The notes beneath the pieces were generated by a model. It was not told the origin of the DNA. It saw nothing but the letters and a program-made list of their open reading frames with translations, and made no database searches. A stretch of DNA of 64,000 nt from Octopus vulgaris. Lineage: Eukaryota. This document shows, piece by piece, positions 1-14,650 of the stretch. The stretch lies in the NCBI GenBank assembly GCA_951406725.2, contig OX597822.1, positions 108,500,001 to 108,564,000 of the forward strand, in the 5' to 3' direction. Made by a program: the position numbers and the translations under genes. Each line of letters starts with the position of its first letter. Within the stretch, counting starts at the first letter, position 1.

Positions 1-159
1 TAGGGGAGTGGTCAAAGGAATCGGTGGTAAAGTAGATAAAAGAATTAAAAAAAAAAAAAAAAATTAAATAATAAAATAATAAAAAAATATAAAAAAATAA
101 AAAAATAAAATAAAAAAATATAAATAGAAAAGTTTTAGGTAAGTGGGGAGACTCTCACT

Positions 160-874
160 TGTACATCTACATATATATATATACATACACATATACACAC
201 CCGCCTATTCACATATATCTTTACATATACATACATACCCACATATACTTACATATATATATACATACATACATACGTACACATACACATACATATATAT
301 ATATATACATATATCTACACATACTCATGTACGTACACACAGATACACAAACACATACACATACATACACATATGTATACCCACTCGCACATATATATAC
401 AAATGCATATACATGCACACACATACACACACATTTTTATTCTCTTATTTTAATTTTATTAACTACTTTAGTTTATATCTTTATTTTTATCTTGACCGGT
501 CAAACTTGTCCCAAGGGATCTCTAAAGATACTGTTTTTCTATCAACTTACTGATACGAACGCAAGCACTTACTCACGCCCACACATTCACACGTACACTC
601 ACGCACAAGTTATATTCATACACGCCTACATCTACATACATTCACGTATATTCACATACACGCATACACATACATACCTCAACACACCCACAGAAGACTA
701 GTCCATACATATACTCTAATTAATATATATACACACATATACTTGTACACATACATACACATACATACATATACATACACATATACACATATATATACAT
801 ATATATATACACATATACATTCATATACATATACATACACATATACACTCATACATATATACACATGCACACAT

Positions 875-940
<66 letters not shown>

Positions 941-1173
941 GGAAGCTTTATGAAAATATATATATATATATACACACACATACATACATACATGCGTACA
1001 CATACACACACACACACGCGCGCGCATCTATATATACACCTAAGTACATACATGCATAAATGTATACATATGTCTAACACATGCATACACATCCGCACAC
1101 ACACGCGCCTCCTTATGTTCATAAAAACATACATGCATACTGGCATATACATATATACATACATTCATACTCA

Positions 1174-1240
<67 letters not shown>

Positions 1241-1389
1241 TTAATAATATATACGTGCAGTTACCCATTATTCAAACGGATACCTACATAAAAACATACC
1301 CATATATACCTATTTACACATATGTATATATAAATATACATACATACACATATAACTACATACCTACATATACATAAACACACAAGCGT

Positions 1390-1442
<53 letters not shown>

Positions 1443-1765
1443 TACATATACATATACATATCTATACACATATATATACGCATATATATACATACACACA
1501 TACATACACATACACATATATACACATCCATATACACATATACACATACACATATACACACACATACACACACATATATATATATATATACATTTACACA
1601 CACATTTTTACACATATATATATATATATACACTCATACACATACACACACATACACATATATATATACATATATATATATACATATATATACACATATA
1701 ATACATATGTGCACATATACACATACATATATATATACACATATACACTTACATACACACATGCA
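160..1765. repeat. Compound low-complexity microsatellite tract (TA/CA/TACA, with (AAT)n at ~1173-1240)
   Basis: Read directly; accounts for all YI/HT-rich ORFs here. Confidence 0.95.
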
Positions 1766-1769
1766 CAAC

Positions 1770-2108
<339 letters not shown>

Positions 2109-3940
2109 TATCCGCAGAATAAACGTTATTGATGCCTATCATGCCTTACTTAATGACTAATTCGTGAAAACCTCTGACACACTTGAAAACGTTCCATTCA
2201 AGAAGAACGGAATATCTACTCTTAAAGAAATTTATCACATATTAAATACTTCATCAGAAACGTAACTCATTCTGCTTGTTACTTCTGACTGTTAAAGAAA
2301 GTAGAATCTAGTGTTTAAATCATGAAATATATTTTCTAAACTACAGTCGATAATTATAGTCTACCAAGTGGTCTTCATAACTGTATGGCCTAAGATATTG
2401 TCGCGTGCACCAACGGAATTTCTTTGCAAGAAATTCTGCACAAAAGACAAAGACGATTAGCCGAGAAAATTATTCATATTGCGCGCCCAACTAAACGTAA
2501 AACTCATATTAATACCAAATACTTGAAGAATTCTACAGGAGCTGTCCGTTCTTAAAAGATATGGTGTAATAGTCAGAGATATCTGGAATAAAGCAATATA
2601 TAAAATAATAACGTAAACCCACTGAGAAAACTATGTAAAAATAATTGTGATAGCAGTAAAAAGAAAAACAAGTTAACAAAAACATTCGATCTTACATTGA
2701 AGTTTTACACCTCAGAAGGTAAACCAAAAAGATGAGAGTGGGTCGCAGACATCATTAAAGGAAATTATTGTGTAAAACTTCGTACCGATGTAAATGGCAT
2801 CACTGAAAACAATGAGAGATTTATATCCAGTATCGAAAATATACTTTAAGTTCTATAATAATTATCATTGAAGTCACGATATACTTACCAATTCACCTTG
2901 ATCAACATAAGGTGTGATTCTCGAAAACAAATGATTAAAATCGGTTAGTGAGGCAGCTCTTGATGTACAACCTGGCCATGAAATGTCCAGTGTTTTTGTC
3001 AGGTCGTTATATTTTGTTCAAACTTAATTGAATTCATCAGTCAAGATTGTGCAGTGTGGCAAGATTCTAGATTGTCAAGTTGTTTTAGACTGTCAAGTGT
3101 GTGCGTGCGTGTGTGTGCATGTGTGTTTTTTGTGTATAGACGAGTTGTTCTCTATAACACATTTGTATCTTATGTGTACAATTAAATATTCGACTGATAC
3201 CGTAGGAGTTAGATCTCTACATACGTTGTCATTAACCAGTCGGCTTCTACTATGGTGCTTAGTCTAACACTGCAATTAGTAGCTTTACCAGTTACTATAT
3301 ATGTAGCTTTTGTAGGGGAAAATTAAGATAAAGATATTTGTATACAGCAATGTATTTCTAATGCTCTGATAAGAACAAAATCGTCGCGATTTGCATCTTT
3401 GCCACAAAACAATAATATAGTTTCTCTGCTATATCAATCTTTATTGAGATACGATCGAAAAACAAAAGGGTTCTTACGATAGGCCATGATATTAGAAATG
3501 GTGTGACCGACTTTCATCAAACAATTCCTTATCTCAGAAATGTATATTTTTCTCTACACATACAATCAGCGTCAGAGTAATTTATTTCAGTACACATCAC
3601 CGCCAAATTACTTTTCTTCGAAACCCTGCAAAATATATCATTCTCGCCATCTCTAGCTGCCTACTTATTGCTAAACGTAAAATTATCCTGGCATAATTTT
3701 GAAGAGTGACAAATAGCAATTGAGATGATTGAATGTATTCATTGAATGTAATAGGTATGCGAAAGATAAAAATGATAATTATAATATATAACTGTACCAA
3801 ATATCCTTTTCTTCCTCTTCATCGTTATCATTTCACTCAAGTTTGCCGTCGTCATTGGCCGAGGTAATTTTGTCTTTCATCGTTTCGGAGTCGATACATC
3901 AATGATCTGAAAGTATTTGTCTCTCATATTCGATATGACA

Positions 3941-4080
3941 CTGGCAGAAGAGTTAGCACGCCGGGCAAAATGCTTAGCGATATTTCGCCCGTCGCTACGT
4001 TCTGAGTTCAAATTCTGCCGAAGTCGACTTTGCCTTTCATCCTTTCGAGGTCGATAACAACTACCAGTTGATTACTGAGG
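3941..4080 (+). mobile_element. tRNA-headed SINE family A (partial)
   Basis: ctggcagaa..ttagcacgccgggc, B-box-like gagttcaaatt, gcctttcatcctttcgaggtcgata. Confidence 0.85.
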
Positions 4081-4379
4081 GGATGTCTATATAATCAATC
4101 AAGTACAGGGTTCGGTAGTCTCTGCTAATATGTTCCTAGGCAAATTACTGGAAGGCACCTAAATCCAAAATGATTGTAATTATTATCATTATTGAATGAT
4201 AATAATTCAGGTTACTTGACCATTTAACATACTATCATGGCACTCACGCATTCTTCTTTTTCTTCTTCTGAAGCTAAGGAGTGGACGAAATGACAACACT
4301 TGCCCCAAGATCTCAGGTCTTGTGTTTATAGTAAAAGCTTTGTCCTCCTCCTCCTCCTCCATCTTTTTCTTCTTTTTCT

Positions 4380-4444
<65 letters not shown>

Positions 4445-4446
4445 GA

Positions 4447-4610
4447 AGGCAGTGCACTGACAGAATCGTAACTGCATAGGATAAAATGTTTAGCGTATTT
4501 TGTACCCTGTTTACGTTCTTAGTTCAAGTTCCGCCGAAGTCGATTTTGCCTTCTATATCGTCCTTGAATTTACTGGCCTTGCGCAAAAAATTGAAACCAT
4601 TATTAGTATT
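4447..4610 (+). mobile_element. Degenerate SINE family A
   Basis: Diverged match (acgttcttagttcaagttccgccgaagtcgattttgcctt); follows an (ATT)n tract. Confidence 0.6.
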
Positions 4611-4679
4611 TTTGTTGTTGTTAATATCAGGCATATTTGTTTTTATTAATGTCATTATCTTTTCCATTTCAGTTCACAG

Positions 4680-4798
<119 letters not shown>

Positions 4799-4799
4799 A

Positions 4800-5185
4800 T
4801 AAAAAATCCTACCTCAATCCTACAACTAGTTAAACACAACAATAGTTTGGTCAGTTAGTGGATAATATTCTTCAAATTTAATTCTAAATCTTTATCTGTA
4901 TATCTACTTTCTCTAAAATGTTACTACTTGATTTGCAAGATTTTGTATTATTGGAAAACCTATATTTTTGGCTGAAGAGCACTCAACATCTTAAATCTGC
5001 TGTAATAATTACAACTTTTAATAACATGTTGTAGTGCGAAACAATTGTACCAAATTACCGGAGTCATTCTTGTTGCTTATTTTTTTATTATAATCATCCC
5101 GCAAATTTTTATGGATAGCACCATACAAAATTCTGGTGCATCTAAATTAAGTACCATAATCATTTGAATCTAAATTGTTGCTGAA

Positions 5186-5186
<1 letters not shown>
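4800..5186 (+). mobile_element. Hammerhead mini-element family H1 flanked by (TA)n on both sides
   Basis: 3' part homologous to 49291-49640 and 61246-61902; contains a canonical hammerhead. Confidence 0.8.
4967..5054 (+). ncRNA. Type-I hammerhead ribozyme (canonical core)
   Basis: Helix I TTTGG/CCAAA; core CTGAAGA; helix II GCACT-CAACAT..ATGTTG-(T)-AGTGC; GAAA; palindromic helix III ACAATTGT; GUA cleavage triplet at 5047-5049. Confidence 0.85.
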
Positions 5187-5242
<56 letters not shown>

Positions 5243-5255
5243 TTATGTATGTATG

Positions 5256-5286
<31 letters not shown>

Positions 5287-5309
5287 GTATGTATGTATAC
5301 ATACATATT

Positions 5310-5700
5310 ATGTATTAAGTCAACAGTTTCCGGCTCCAAATTCCTGGAACCACCGTTGAGACTGGCTTACGCTTATTGTCTGATTTCCATATAATACAGC
5401 ATTAATAATCCTCACACTTTCCGTCGCGTTCTTGCCTTTATTGAACTCATTAAGCAAAATATGCTGAATATGCTCCTTTGTCTCTCCCGTTGTAGCTTTG
5501 ATAAACTGGCTGTTAAAATCGAACTGCACTCTTCAAAATTTGCACTACGAATAATATATATATATCGTAAATTCAGGGACCACTCGAACACTCGTCTTCG
5601 CCTTGAACGGAAATGTATCTCTCTTCGTTCCTTTGCGCCATTCATGTTGGTCTAGCTTCTTATACAAAATGGTACAATTCCGATCGCTCTGCTTGGATAT
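5310..5700 (-). pseudogene. Mariner transposase N-terminal (HTH) relic with 5' UTR
   Basis: ORF 5320-5529 KEHIQHILLNEFNKGKNATESVRIINAVLYGNQTISVSQSQRWFQEFGAGN matches the mariner HTH consensus (H.LLYEF..G..A.E..R.I..VYG....S...RWF..F..G). Confidence 0.8.
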
Positions 5701-7232
5701 CAGATATACAATTATTTCGAGAAATTTGTTAGCATTTTTGCTGACTTTGAATCATTATGACTTTTTCTTCTTACGCAAATATGTAGAATTAATAAATGAT
5801 TTTTGAAAATCTGTAAAAAAAAAAATGATTTGAGAAGACAAATTTAACAAACCGAAAGCAATGACAAATATATGAAATATGATCTCACAAACGGCAATCA
5901 ATTACAAGAAAGTAAACTTTCACAATAAATATTTTAATAATGCTGTCTTCTAAATAGAGAATTAAAATTTAAAAAGACGTGGGACAGATAATTCACGAAA
6001 TCGTTGGCTGCCTTATTAAATAATTTTGTTTTTTCAAATAAAGAACAAGGAGAAAACTGACATGCAATTGCCGCTTAAAAAGGAGTAGAATTTTCAAGGT
6101 TCCCTTTCGAGAATATTTGAAAGATTTCACTTATATTTTTGCTGAAGGCAAATAGGGAAGCACTGTATTATGACTAGAATTTAAAAATGTGCACGCGGGT
6201 GGCAATAAGAGTTGGTGCGTAATACAGCAGTATATAGGGAACTTGCGATATACAGAGGGGCAGAAAACGAGGATAGCTGACATGCAAAAGTTTAGATGTA
6301 TTTCCTATCTGTTTGCTAGATGGCTCACGTTAATATAATTTGTATCGGAGTAGAAGTGCTTTGTGAGGGTGGAGATAACCGAAAAATGTTATGCTTTTGG
6401 ATGCGTGTCTTTGTGTATATATTAATATTATAAAATGCGAATACCGCAGATCGGTCTCAAATGCTATCTGTGCATAGAAGAAGGTTAAGCTGCGGCGCAT
6501 ACTGTAATAAGTACGAATTGCATATTTTCTAAAATGAAGGACAGACATCTAAAGAATGAAAAAACACAGTGCATGTCATCAGCAAAGGATGAAATAACCT
6601 CCTGTTATCGCATTTTCGTGTGATAAAACATTGATTTTTTTACAAGACAGCATATGATTACAGATAAAAGTTTTGAAAAACAATTAGTAGTAATAGTACT
6701 AGTAGTAGTAGCTACTTTTCCTTTTGTATTATTATATAAAACTGCATTTCCGATATATTAAACGAAATGAATAACATTTTAAAAAGTGATGATTGTATTC
6801 TAATTGAGCAATACATTCGCTTGACATATTTTCTTCAGTGTTATTTAGAAATAACTGACATGCGCAAAGTGAAAAAAATCGTTCAACACAAATTAGGTTA
6901 AGTGTTTAAAGTGACATAGCTTATCCAAACACATCATAATGATTGACTATTAAATACATAAGCGTATAGAATTCACTTCAAATATAATAATAAAATATGT
7001 TCACTGTTTAGGAAAAAAGGATTTCCGGTGTGTTCTGCTATTCATAATATCCAATAAAATTGTGTGAAAATGCATAAATTGCATGTGAACGAAAAAGAAA
7101 AACTATTGAGAAAGTTATGTAATCTAAGTCTTAGAAGCCCTTCTGTATGTATATATTCCTTATATTTACTAATACGCAGGTCGAAGAGCGGTGTTCAATA
7201 CGTAAACCAAAATATGAGGTATTCATACAGAG

Positions 7233-7447
7233 GAGCTGGCAGAATCGTTAGCACGCCGGGCGAAATGCTTAGCGGTATTTCGTCTGCCGCTACGTTCTGA
7301 GTTCAAATTCCGCCGAGGTCGACTTTGCCTTTCATCCTTTCGGTGTCGATTAAATAAGTACCAGTTACGCACTGGGGTCGATATAATTGACTTAATCCGG
7401 TAGTCTGTCGTCTCTGTGTTTAGTCCCTTGTGGGTAAGTAAAGAAAT
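7233..7447 (+). mobile_element. SINE family A with target-site duplication
   Basis: Near-consensus copy; AGGTATTCATACAGAGGA repeated at 7217-7234 and 7448-7465. Confidence 0.92.
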
Positions 7448-8058
7448 AGGTATTCATACAGAGGATAAGCTCCAACATAAAATGATACCATTCCCTTTAG
7501 GATTCATTGCATGAAGAATAAAAAGACAACATGATACTGACATGAATAGATTTATAACCAACTATCGAATTAATGTAACGGTATCGCTCGCAATGGAGTG
7601 ACGAAACAGGCCGGTTTCTCCCGATAACATAAAGTGACGTTTTTCTTCCGATAGCATGAAGTGACAAAACATGTCATTTAAATTTGTGATTTTTAACATT
7701 CACTTCTTAGAATGTGAATAAAAACACATATGTAAAATCAGTGCTAAATTGTATAGACTTATTCCGAACTCGAATGCTTATGTGCGAATATGAACGCTCT
7801 AAAAGACGCTTCTCCGCATTCCGACTAATTTAAATACTCTCGATGGGTATTTTAATTGGAATGATGTAAACGCTAAATTCTTTGAACGAGGTGTGAAAAT
7901 GAATGATCGTAAAATAAATTTGAATGGCTTACTTTATAGCGCTAAGTTTTTCACGACTTGGAATGACCCGATTATCAAATTAAATGACAGACGTACGAAA
8001 ATGACTACAAAAACCTATAATAAAACGATACGCTGTCGGATTTTATTTTATACAAAGA

Positions 8059-8454
8059 CTAGCAGTATCGCCCGGTGCTGCTAGTGTTTGTAAGGGAAAT
8101 AACTATATAAGCATTTTTAGAGAGTTATAGCCAAAAAACAGCAAAAAAATGCATTAAAAATGGAAAAAAAAGTGATTGTATTTTTCTTTAAATCGTTGAC
8201 TCGTCGTAGACATTTTTAGAGAGTTACTTCCCTTATATGATAGCGAAAAAAATGCATTAAAATGGAAAACAATGATGGTAAACTTTTTTACCATCTTCTT
8301 TCCCTTTTAACGCGCGCTAATACCCAGAATGGCTCGAGATGAATCAGGACTATAAGATACCCGGTTTTGGTTAAACTGCACCGCAAAATGTGGGAGTAGT
8401 TAGGAATCTAAATCGTAGGAGACAGACACACAACCTTACTTTTATATATAAAGA
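8059..8454 (-). mobile_element. Non-autonomous Helitron
   Basis: Minus strand starts A|TCTTTATATATAAAAG and ends CTAG|T, with a GC-rich subterminal motif and no TSD; homologous to 22526-22924. Confidence 0.8.
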
Positions 8455-8499
8455 TTTTGAGTGTTCTTACTTGCAAAAGATACGAGATTGGCTATTTCA

Positions 8500-8603
<104 letters not shown>

Positions 8604-9803
8604 TTCCTTCCAAGACTTCAGTGAATTGAAACAGATCTGAGTAGGTTGCAAGTGGAAACTGCATATTTGTGAAAAGTTTGTAACAATTGAAAGTAGTATC
8701 ATCTATGTTAAGTGAGTGCTATTAAACGAAACATAAAATATGACATAGAGAAAGAAGTCAGAGTGAATTACGCAGTAGAAACTACATTGTAAAAGAGAAA
8801 TCAATCAGATAACACTCATTGTTAATGGACCGGAAGCTATGAAATCAAGCCATAAGACAGTAATGAAGCGCTAAGCAAGAATTTCCGAGAGGAATGTTAC
8901 CTGCAAGACACGATGAAGACGATTTTACTGCGGAGGACCAAAGAATAATAAACTTTTTCCATGGTGAGTCACGAGTGGATCAAATTTTAGTTTAGGTAAA
9001 CTTTTTGTAACTACCTATGCATTAACCCCAGAAAGCTCATCTGATAAAAACCTTTGTTCACAGAAAGATCTAATTCACTGATAATTCGCTGATCTTTTTG
9101 CAACACCGAAATCAGAAGAAAAGATGTAAAAAGAAAACAATATGTTTCGAATGTCCAAACATAAAGAAATATTATATTTGTCTTACAATATACTTCAGTC
9201 AGAACTAATTCTGTTTATACGCCGCAATGTTTTAGATATTCATACAAAGAGACAAAAAAAAACGATATATAACGAATATTACCATTTCACATACACAATA
9301 TACGCGAACCTGCGAGCTACAAGTATGCAGGATGTCACACTATTGTTTCGCTTACAGAGCAAGATTCATATATATTTATAAAGTATTCAAAATAGCCATT
9401 GTCATGAGATTCTACACAATTTTCTTAATTAAGCGCAGAATAGAGTAAAAAGCCCAAATGAACTTTAGTGCTTATTTCGGTCTTGTAAACGATGATTCTA
9501 TATTGCCATCAATGAAATTATCATTCATTAATTATGCACCGTAAAATATTCTTAATTAGCCAAGTAATGACATTACATTAGCCATTTATATAGCTGCATA
9601 TATGTGTGTTTTACCACAGAGATTCTTCGGTAGGCAAGATATTAAATGCATATATTATAAGCACTAAGGGAACACAGAAGGAATAGTTACTAATGGGAAT
9701 TGTGAATATTGGCAATTTAACAAACAATGAATATAAAACCAATACATGAACACATACACAGATGCCCATATATACATATACATATATATGTATGTATATA
9801 TGC

Positions 9804-9840
<37 letters not shown>

Positions 9841-9894
9841 TATATATATACATATATACACACATATATACATATATATATATACACATATATG

Positions 9895-9930
<36 letters not shown>

Positions 9931-10686
9931 CATACATATAAAAATTAAGTATACACATACATATATAGAGATATGCACATAAATACATATTTAGTTATTT
10001 ACGTATATATCATTTTTGTGGGTATGTGAAGCGAGCGCAAGTGTTCGTCTTTAGTGAATATGTATGTTAATAACTTAGGAAACCGGTAAAATCTTACAAT
10101 GATATACGTATGTGAGCATGCATGGAAGCGCATAATCAATTATACACTCCGTCACATATAAATAGCTCCACACGCGCCTACACGAGAGCATACACACGCG
10201 CCGACACATTTATTTATGAAGGATTGAAAACTGAGTGACAGAGAAAGTGAAAAAGGGAGACGAAAAATGATAGGACACATAGATGGATAGATATATAAAG
10301 TTTCATGGATGCTGTTACATAATATAATTCTCAAATATTTGATCTTATAAAGGTACTAGCATTCACATACATGCTTTCTACGATGAGCTACTGTGATAGT
10401 ACTCTTGGAGAGATAAGCCTCAAAGCAAAATACTTAGAGCTATTAAAGAAAGAATTTAATTTCTCAGGATTTTAACTACCCGAGTTGTCTGAATTACTTG
10501 TGATGCTCGTTCGATAAGTACTCGATAGACGAAGCATCTTTCACTTTAGCTATATTGGGTGGAATTCCTAATATCGAATATACCACTGTATCATTTGTAC
10601 CTCACACAAACACACATACAAACACAGACGCATACACGCACTCTCATGCACACACACATACACGCATATATATATATATATATATA

Positions 10687-10940
10687 TTGAGCAAGGCACT
10701 TTATTTCACGTTGCTCCAGTTCACTCAGCTGTAGAAATGAGTTGCGACGTCACTGGTGCCAAGCTGTATCGACCTTTGTCTTTCCCTTGGAAAACACTGG
10801 TGGCGTGGAGAGGGGAGGTTGGTATGCATGGGCGACTGCTGGTCTTCCATAAACAACCTTGCCCGGACTTGTGTCTAGGAGGGTAACTTTCTAGGTGCAA
10901 TCCCATGGTCATTCATGACCGAAGGGGGTCTTTACCCTTT
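10687..10940 (+). mobile_element. CORE-type SINE family C, 5'-truncated
   Basis: ttgagcaaggcactttatttcacgttgctccagttcactcagctgtagaaatgag (CORE-like); near-identical to 35125-35372. Confidence 0.88.
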
Positions 10941-11023
10941 ACGTCTACATATACAAATGCTTATATGTGTGTATGTTTGTGTGTGCATGTCTGTATAAGT
11001 GAGTGTGTGTATGTGAATGTGTA

Positions 11024-11068
<45 letters not shown>

Positions 11069-11269
11069 ATAAATGAATTTTTGACCCCCACGGCAATGCA
11101 GGCTATAGAATTAGTAACAGATTGACAGTTACCAAATAATAATACTGAACATCGACTTGTATTAACTTTTAGAAATTAAACTGTTGTGGATTTAAAAAAT
11201 TAGAATTTTGCATATAAACCAGCCATTGCTTTATGAAAAAACAATAATAATTAAGCCGTTGAGTAATGA

Positions 11270-11720
11270 AAACAATATTTTGGCACTTTGTGGAAGGGCC
11301 GAAATGTACTGAACAAACATATCTCTTCTGGCTGCTTTGCTGTAGAACTCGATGTGGATCTCTCCTTCTTCCATTATGTTCAGTTGGAAGTCGAGTAGCA
11401 ATAGGGATCCAGTGTTGTCAGGATGTTCTATAATGAACCGTATGTTCATGTCCATGTTGTTGAACGTCGTAAATATTCTCTCTGCATCTTCATGGAGGAT
11501 GTGATTATGATGATGTCATCTACGTACCTGGTAAAGAAGGCGCATGAGCGGCAGGTGTTGAGTGCTCGACGATCCAGATGGTTCATATATGTGATGTCTA
11601 TTAGGCCCGAGAGACTGGATCCCATGGGGAAGCCTCTTGTCTGTATATGTGCTCATGGAAAAAGAAGTAGATGTTGTCCACGATGATGGACAAGAGTTGA
11701 TGTATATCAGCTGCGGCGAG
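11270..11720 (-). pseudogene. Penelope-like reverse transcriptase fragment
   Basis: Minus strand reads GFPMGSSLSGLIDITYMNHLD, RYVDDIII, then IRFIIEHPDNTGSLLLLDF..IEFYSKAARRDMFVQYISALPQSAK (PLE RT motifs B', C and thumb). Confidence 0.85.
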
Positions 11721-12409
11721 TCCGAAGCAGTGGATATGCTACTATGTAGTCAGTTAATAGTAACGCATCTGATCTGGAACATGGAGCTTCATCTGAGTGA
11801 AAAAAAATACATAAAATAAAAGACAAGGCAAAGAGCCTCGAGAAGAGGAATGAAGGCTTAATATATTTAAATTATACCATGTTACAGAGTAACAATTCAA
11901 GATGTTGAGTTAATGTCTGAATTAAAAATATTAATTTGTGGTTTAATCGATCTTTAAGGGTACCAGGGAGTATAGATTATAAAAGCAAGCAAAGTATGTA
12001 CTTTACCATAACAAGATATGCCAGTAGATCTAGAAAAAGAGGGAGTGATAGTGCCATAACGTGTAGAAGTAATTTTAAAAGTTCTTACGTTTATGTTAAC
12101 AATACTAATTGATATTTATCCAAATAAAATACCTTTCCATTAATTACATTTATTTACTTACTGATATATTGTGAAGGCCAACCATTTATTGTCCGTAATG
12201 GGATTGACCAAAGTCCACATTTCAATGTAATAGGTCAGCTAAATATAAAGCGGAAGGGCAAGCTATTGTGACCGTTATACGGGTAAATGTAAATAAAAAG
12301 TAAATAAATATGTAAATAAAATGTAAAAGTATGGAGAATATGTGTTATGAGTGGCCCAAGGCCGCTTAAGACATCATGACTAAAACAACCAAACATGTAA
12401 ACAAGTACC

Positions 12410-12640
12410 TAGTTCTTTACTACCCTCAAGGGGCTAAATACTGAGAGGACAAACAAGGACAGACAAAAAGATTAAGTCGATTATATCGACCCCAGTGCGC
12501 AACTGGTACTTAATTTATTGACCTCGAAAGGATGAAAGGCAAAGTCGACCTCAGCGGAATTTGAACTCAGAACGTAACGGCTGACGAAATACCGCTAAAC
12601 ATTTCGCCCGGCTGCTAAATTTTCTGCCAGCTCACCGCCT
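12410..12640 (-). mobile_element. SINE family A with TSD
   Basis: Full copy; TAAACAAGTACC at 12398-12409 and 12645-12656. Confidence 0.9.
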
Positions 12641-13144
12641 TATTTAAACAAGTACCATGCAAAGGAAAGAACATCAGCCACAGTGTGGTTAAACCCTATT
12701 TGGACCGTTACGGTTTAAGTCGTTTACTGGTGGCGAAGATTGGACAAAAGCTTTATAAAATTGGAGTGAGAGATTAGTAGATAAAGAAAATAATTTAATA
12801 AGTAGGGGAGGGACGAGTGAGTGGGTAAAAGTGGACCTACAGTTAAGTGAACACTACCTTTAAGGCGAGGTAAAGGCTAGGGCATTGACCTTCAATTAGA
12901 GTATTATAATTCTAAGTCAATCGTTTGTAATAGCAACCACAGTATCAATTCGGTGGTTTTACTAGACAAATAGTAATTGCCTAAACATTTCTAAATACAT
13001 TCAGTGTAGTGTTCTTATGAGATGATATCAGTACAAATCCTCAAATTGATTAAATGGTTACATTAAATTACTTACTAATTACTATTATAATTACAGATAC
13101 AGGGTCCCACTACAGTTTGCTCAATCATACTTAATGTGCATTAT

Positions 13145-13363
13145 TATTGAGTTGGTGCATAATTATTGCGGCTGTTTTCCAACAAATTTTATTCAACAAA
13201 AACAATAGCAAGATTTAACAAAAACATATTGAAATGAAAGTCTGACTGTCTGCCAAGCTAATGCTCCGGAATATTCATTTAAATATACTTTTGTCACATG
13301 TTTTTGTTTTTGTTGCAAAAGTTTGTTGAAAAAATGCCGCAATGATTATGAACCAAAACAATA
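13145..13363. mobile_element. Mariner-type MITE
   Basis: TA-flanked TIRs ttgagttggtgcataattattgcgg / ccgcaatgattatgaaccaaaacaa, similar to Hsmar1/MADE1-type TIRs. Confidence 0.75.
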
Positions 13364-13889
13364 TATTCTTAATATTACTAACCTTCTCGATATATCATAC
13401 CCGCTAGTATGAAAGCATTATCATTGATGCACAGATGACATTTCTTATTTCTTACATTGTATGAAGGTACGGAGGCGAGGAATTTCCATTCTAAAACGAA
13501 TCTAATAACTTTAATCCGTCAAATACATTTATTTAATCCGGGCGAGATAATCTTATTTGTACTTCTGAAAGAGTGTTGGTGTGCGGCTAGTCTTTGTTTC
13601 ATTTCATTTTCGGTAGCTCTTATATATATATATATTACTAAACTATGTTGTGACTGTGCACTGGTAAATTACATCTGTTCTTATACAAGTATTTCCAAAA
13701 GCGCAATTATCTTTACTTCTACAATTCCATAGGTTTGCTATGGGGGAGAATTACTTACTAGTGGGTTTGTGCTAGATGTATTAAGTTTGAATCCGTTATT
13801 TTGGTTCTGAGTGTTATCGTTACTAAGTATTGGGTGGTTATGGGGGTTATTATTTTTATTGTTGTTATTGTTATTCTATCTAAATAGGG

Positions 13890-14040
13890 AACTCTAGCTT
13901 TTTATTATTTGGGGAGGAAATTAAGCTCGATAAGTTATGCGTGAGACTATAACCTATTTTTATTACTTCACAATTAATAATTTCCGAATACTATTTGTTT
14001 ATATCTACCCGTATAACGTTCCTAATAGATTCCCCTTTGT
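13890..14040 (-). pseudogene. Possible PLE RT-to-endonuclease linker fragment
   Basis: YSEIINCEVIKIGYSLTHNLSSLISSPNNKKL resembles the PLE motif IFN.NT.K.SYS...N..SIIS.HN.K. Confidence 0.45.
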
Positions 14041-14650
14041 TTTTTGCTCAGTCACATTACGGACGGTAGGTAGTTGGTTTTTACAATATATCGGTAAGTA
14101 AATAAATGTAATTAATTCGTGGGTATTTTATTTGGATAAATATTAATTAGTAGTATTAACATAAAATCAAGAAGTGTCATGATTATTTCTAAATGTTATG
14201 GCACCATCAGTCCCTCTTTTTCTAGAACTATTGGCGTTTCCCGTTATGGTAAAGTATATATTTTACTGTTTTTTGTAAATTATACACTCTGTTACCCCTA
14301 AAGAAAGTTTAACCCACCACTTCACATTTCTAGTTTAGTCATTTACTCAATGTTCCGAAGCGTTACACTGCAAAATGGTATAATTTAAATATATTAAGCC
14401 TTCATTCCTCTTCTCGAAGCTCTTCCTCTTGTCTTTTCTTTTATTTTATGTATTTTTCTTCACTCAGATGAAGCTCCATGTTCCAGATCGGATATGTTAC
14501 AACATATAACGAATATTATTCTCAGAATTTTAATTGTCAAAATTGTAGGATGCTGGAATCAGAAACGGCCGTAAATAATAATCGATGGAAGTCAATTTTT
14601 GCTAATCAAGTTTTCTCCATTTTCTGCTCAATATATATATATATATATAT

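Larger units (their letters stand above)
11759..14501. mobile_element. 2.7-kb element bounded by ~450-bp imperfect inverted repeats
   Basis: 11759-12212 is the reverse complement of ~14042-14501 (e.g. gatctggaacatggagcttcatctgagtgaa / ttcactcagatgaagctccatgttccagatc); right end GTTACA. Confidence 0.8.

Noticed and set aside
143-1633. Many long ORFs (YIYI, HTHT, poly-N/I) here and throughout the window
   Set aside because: Translations of TA/CA/AAT microsatellites that lack stop codons; not genes.
2380-2500. RTE-like peptide TNGISLQEILHKRQRRLA (also IIPEKWKSTFIPL at ~18890)
   Set aside because: Too short and degenerate to support a call.
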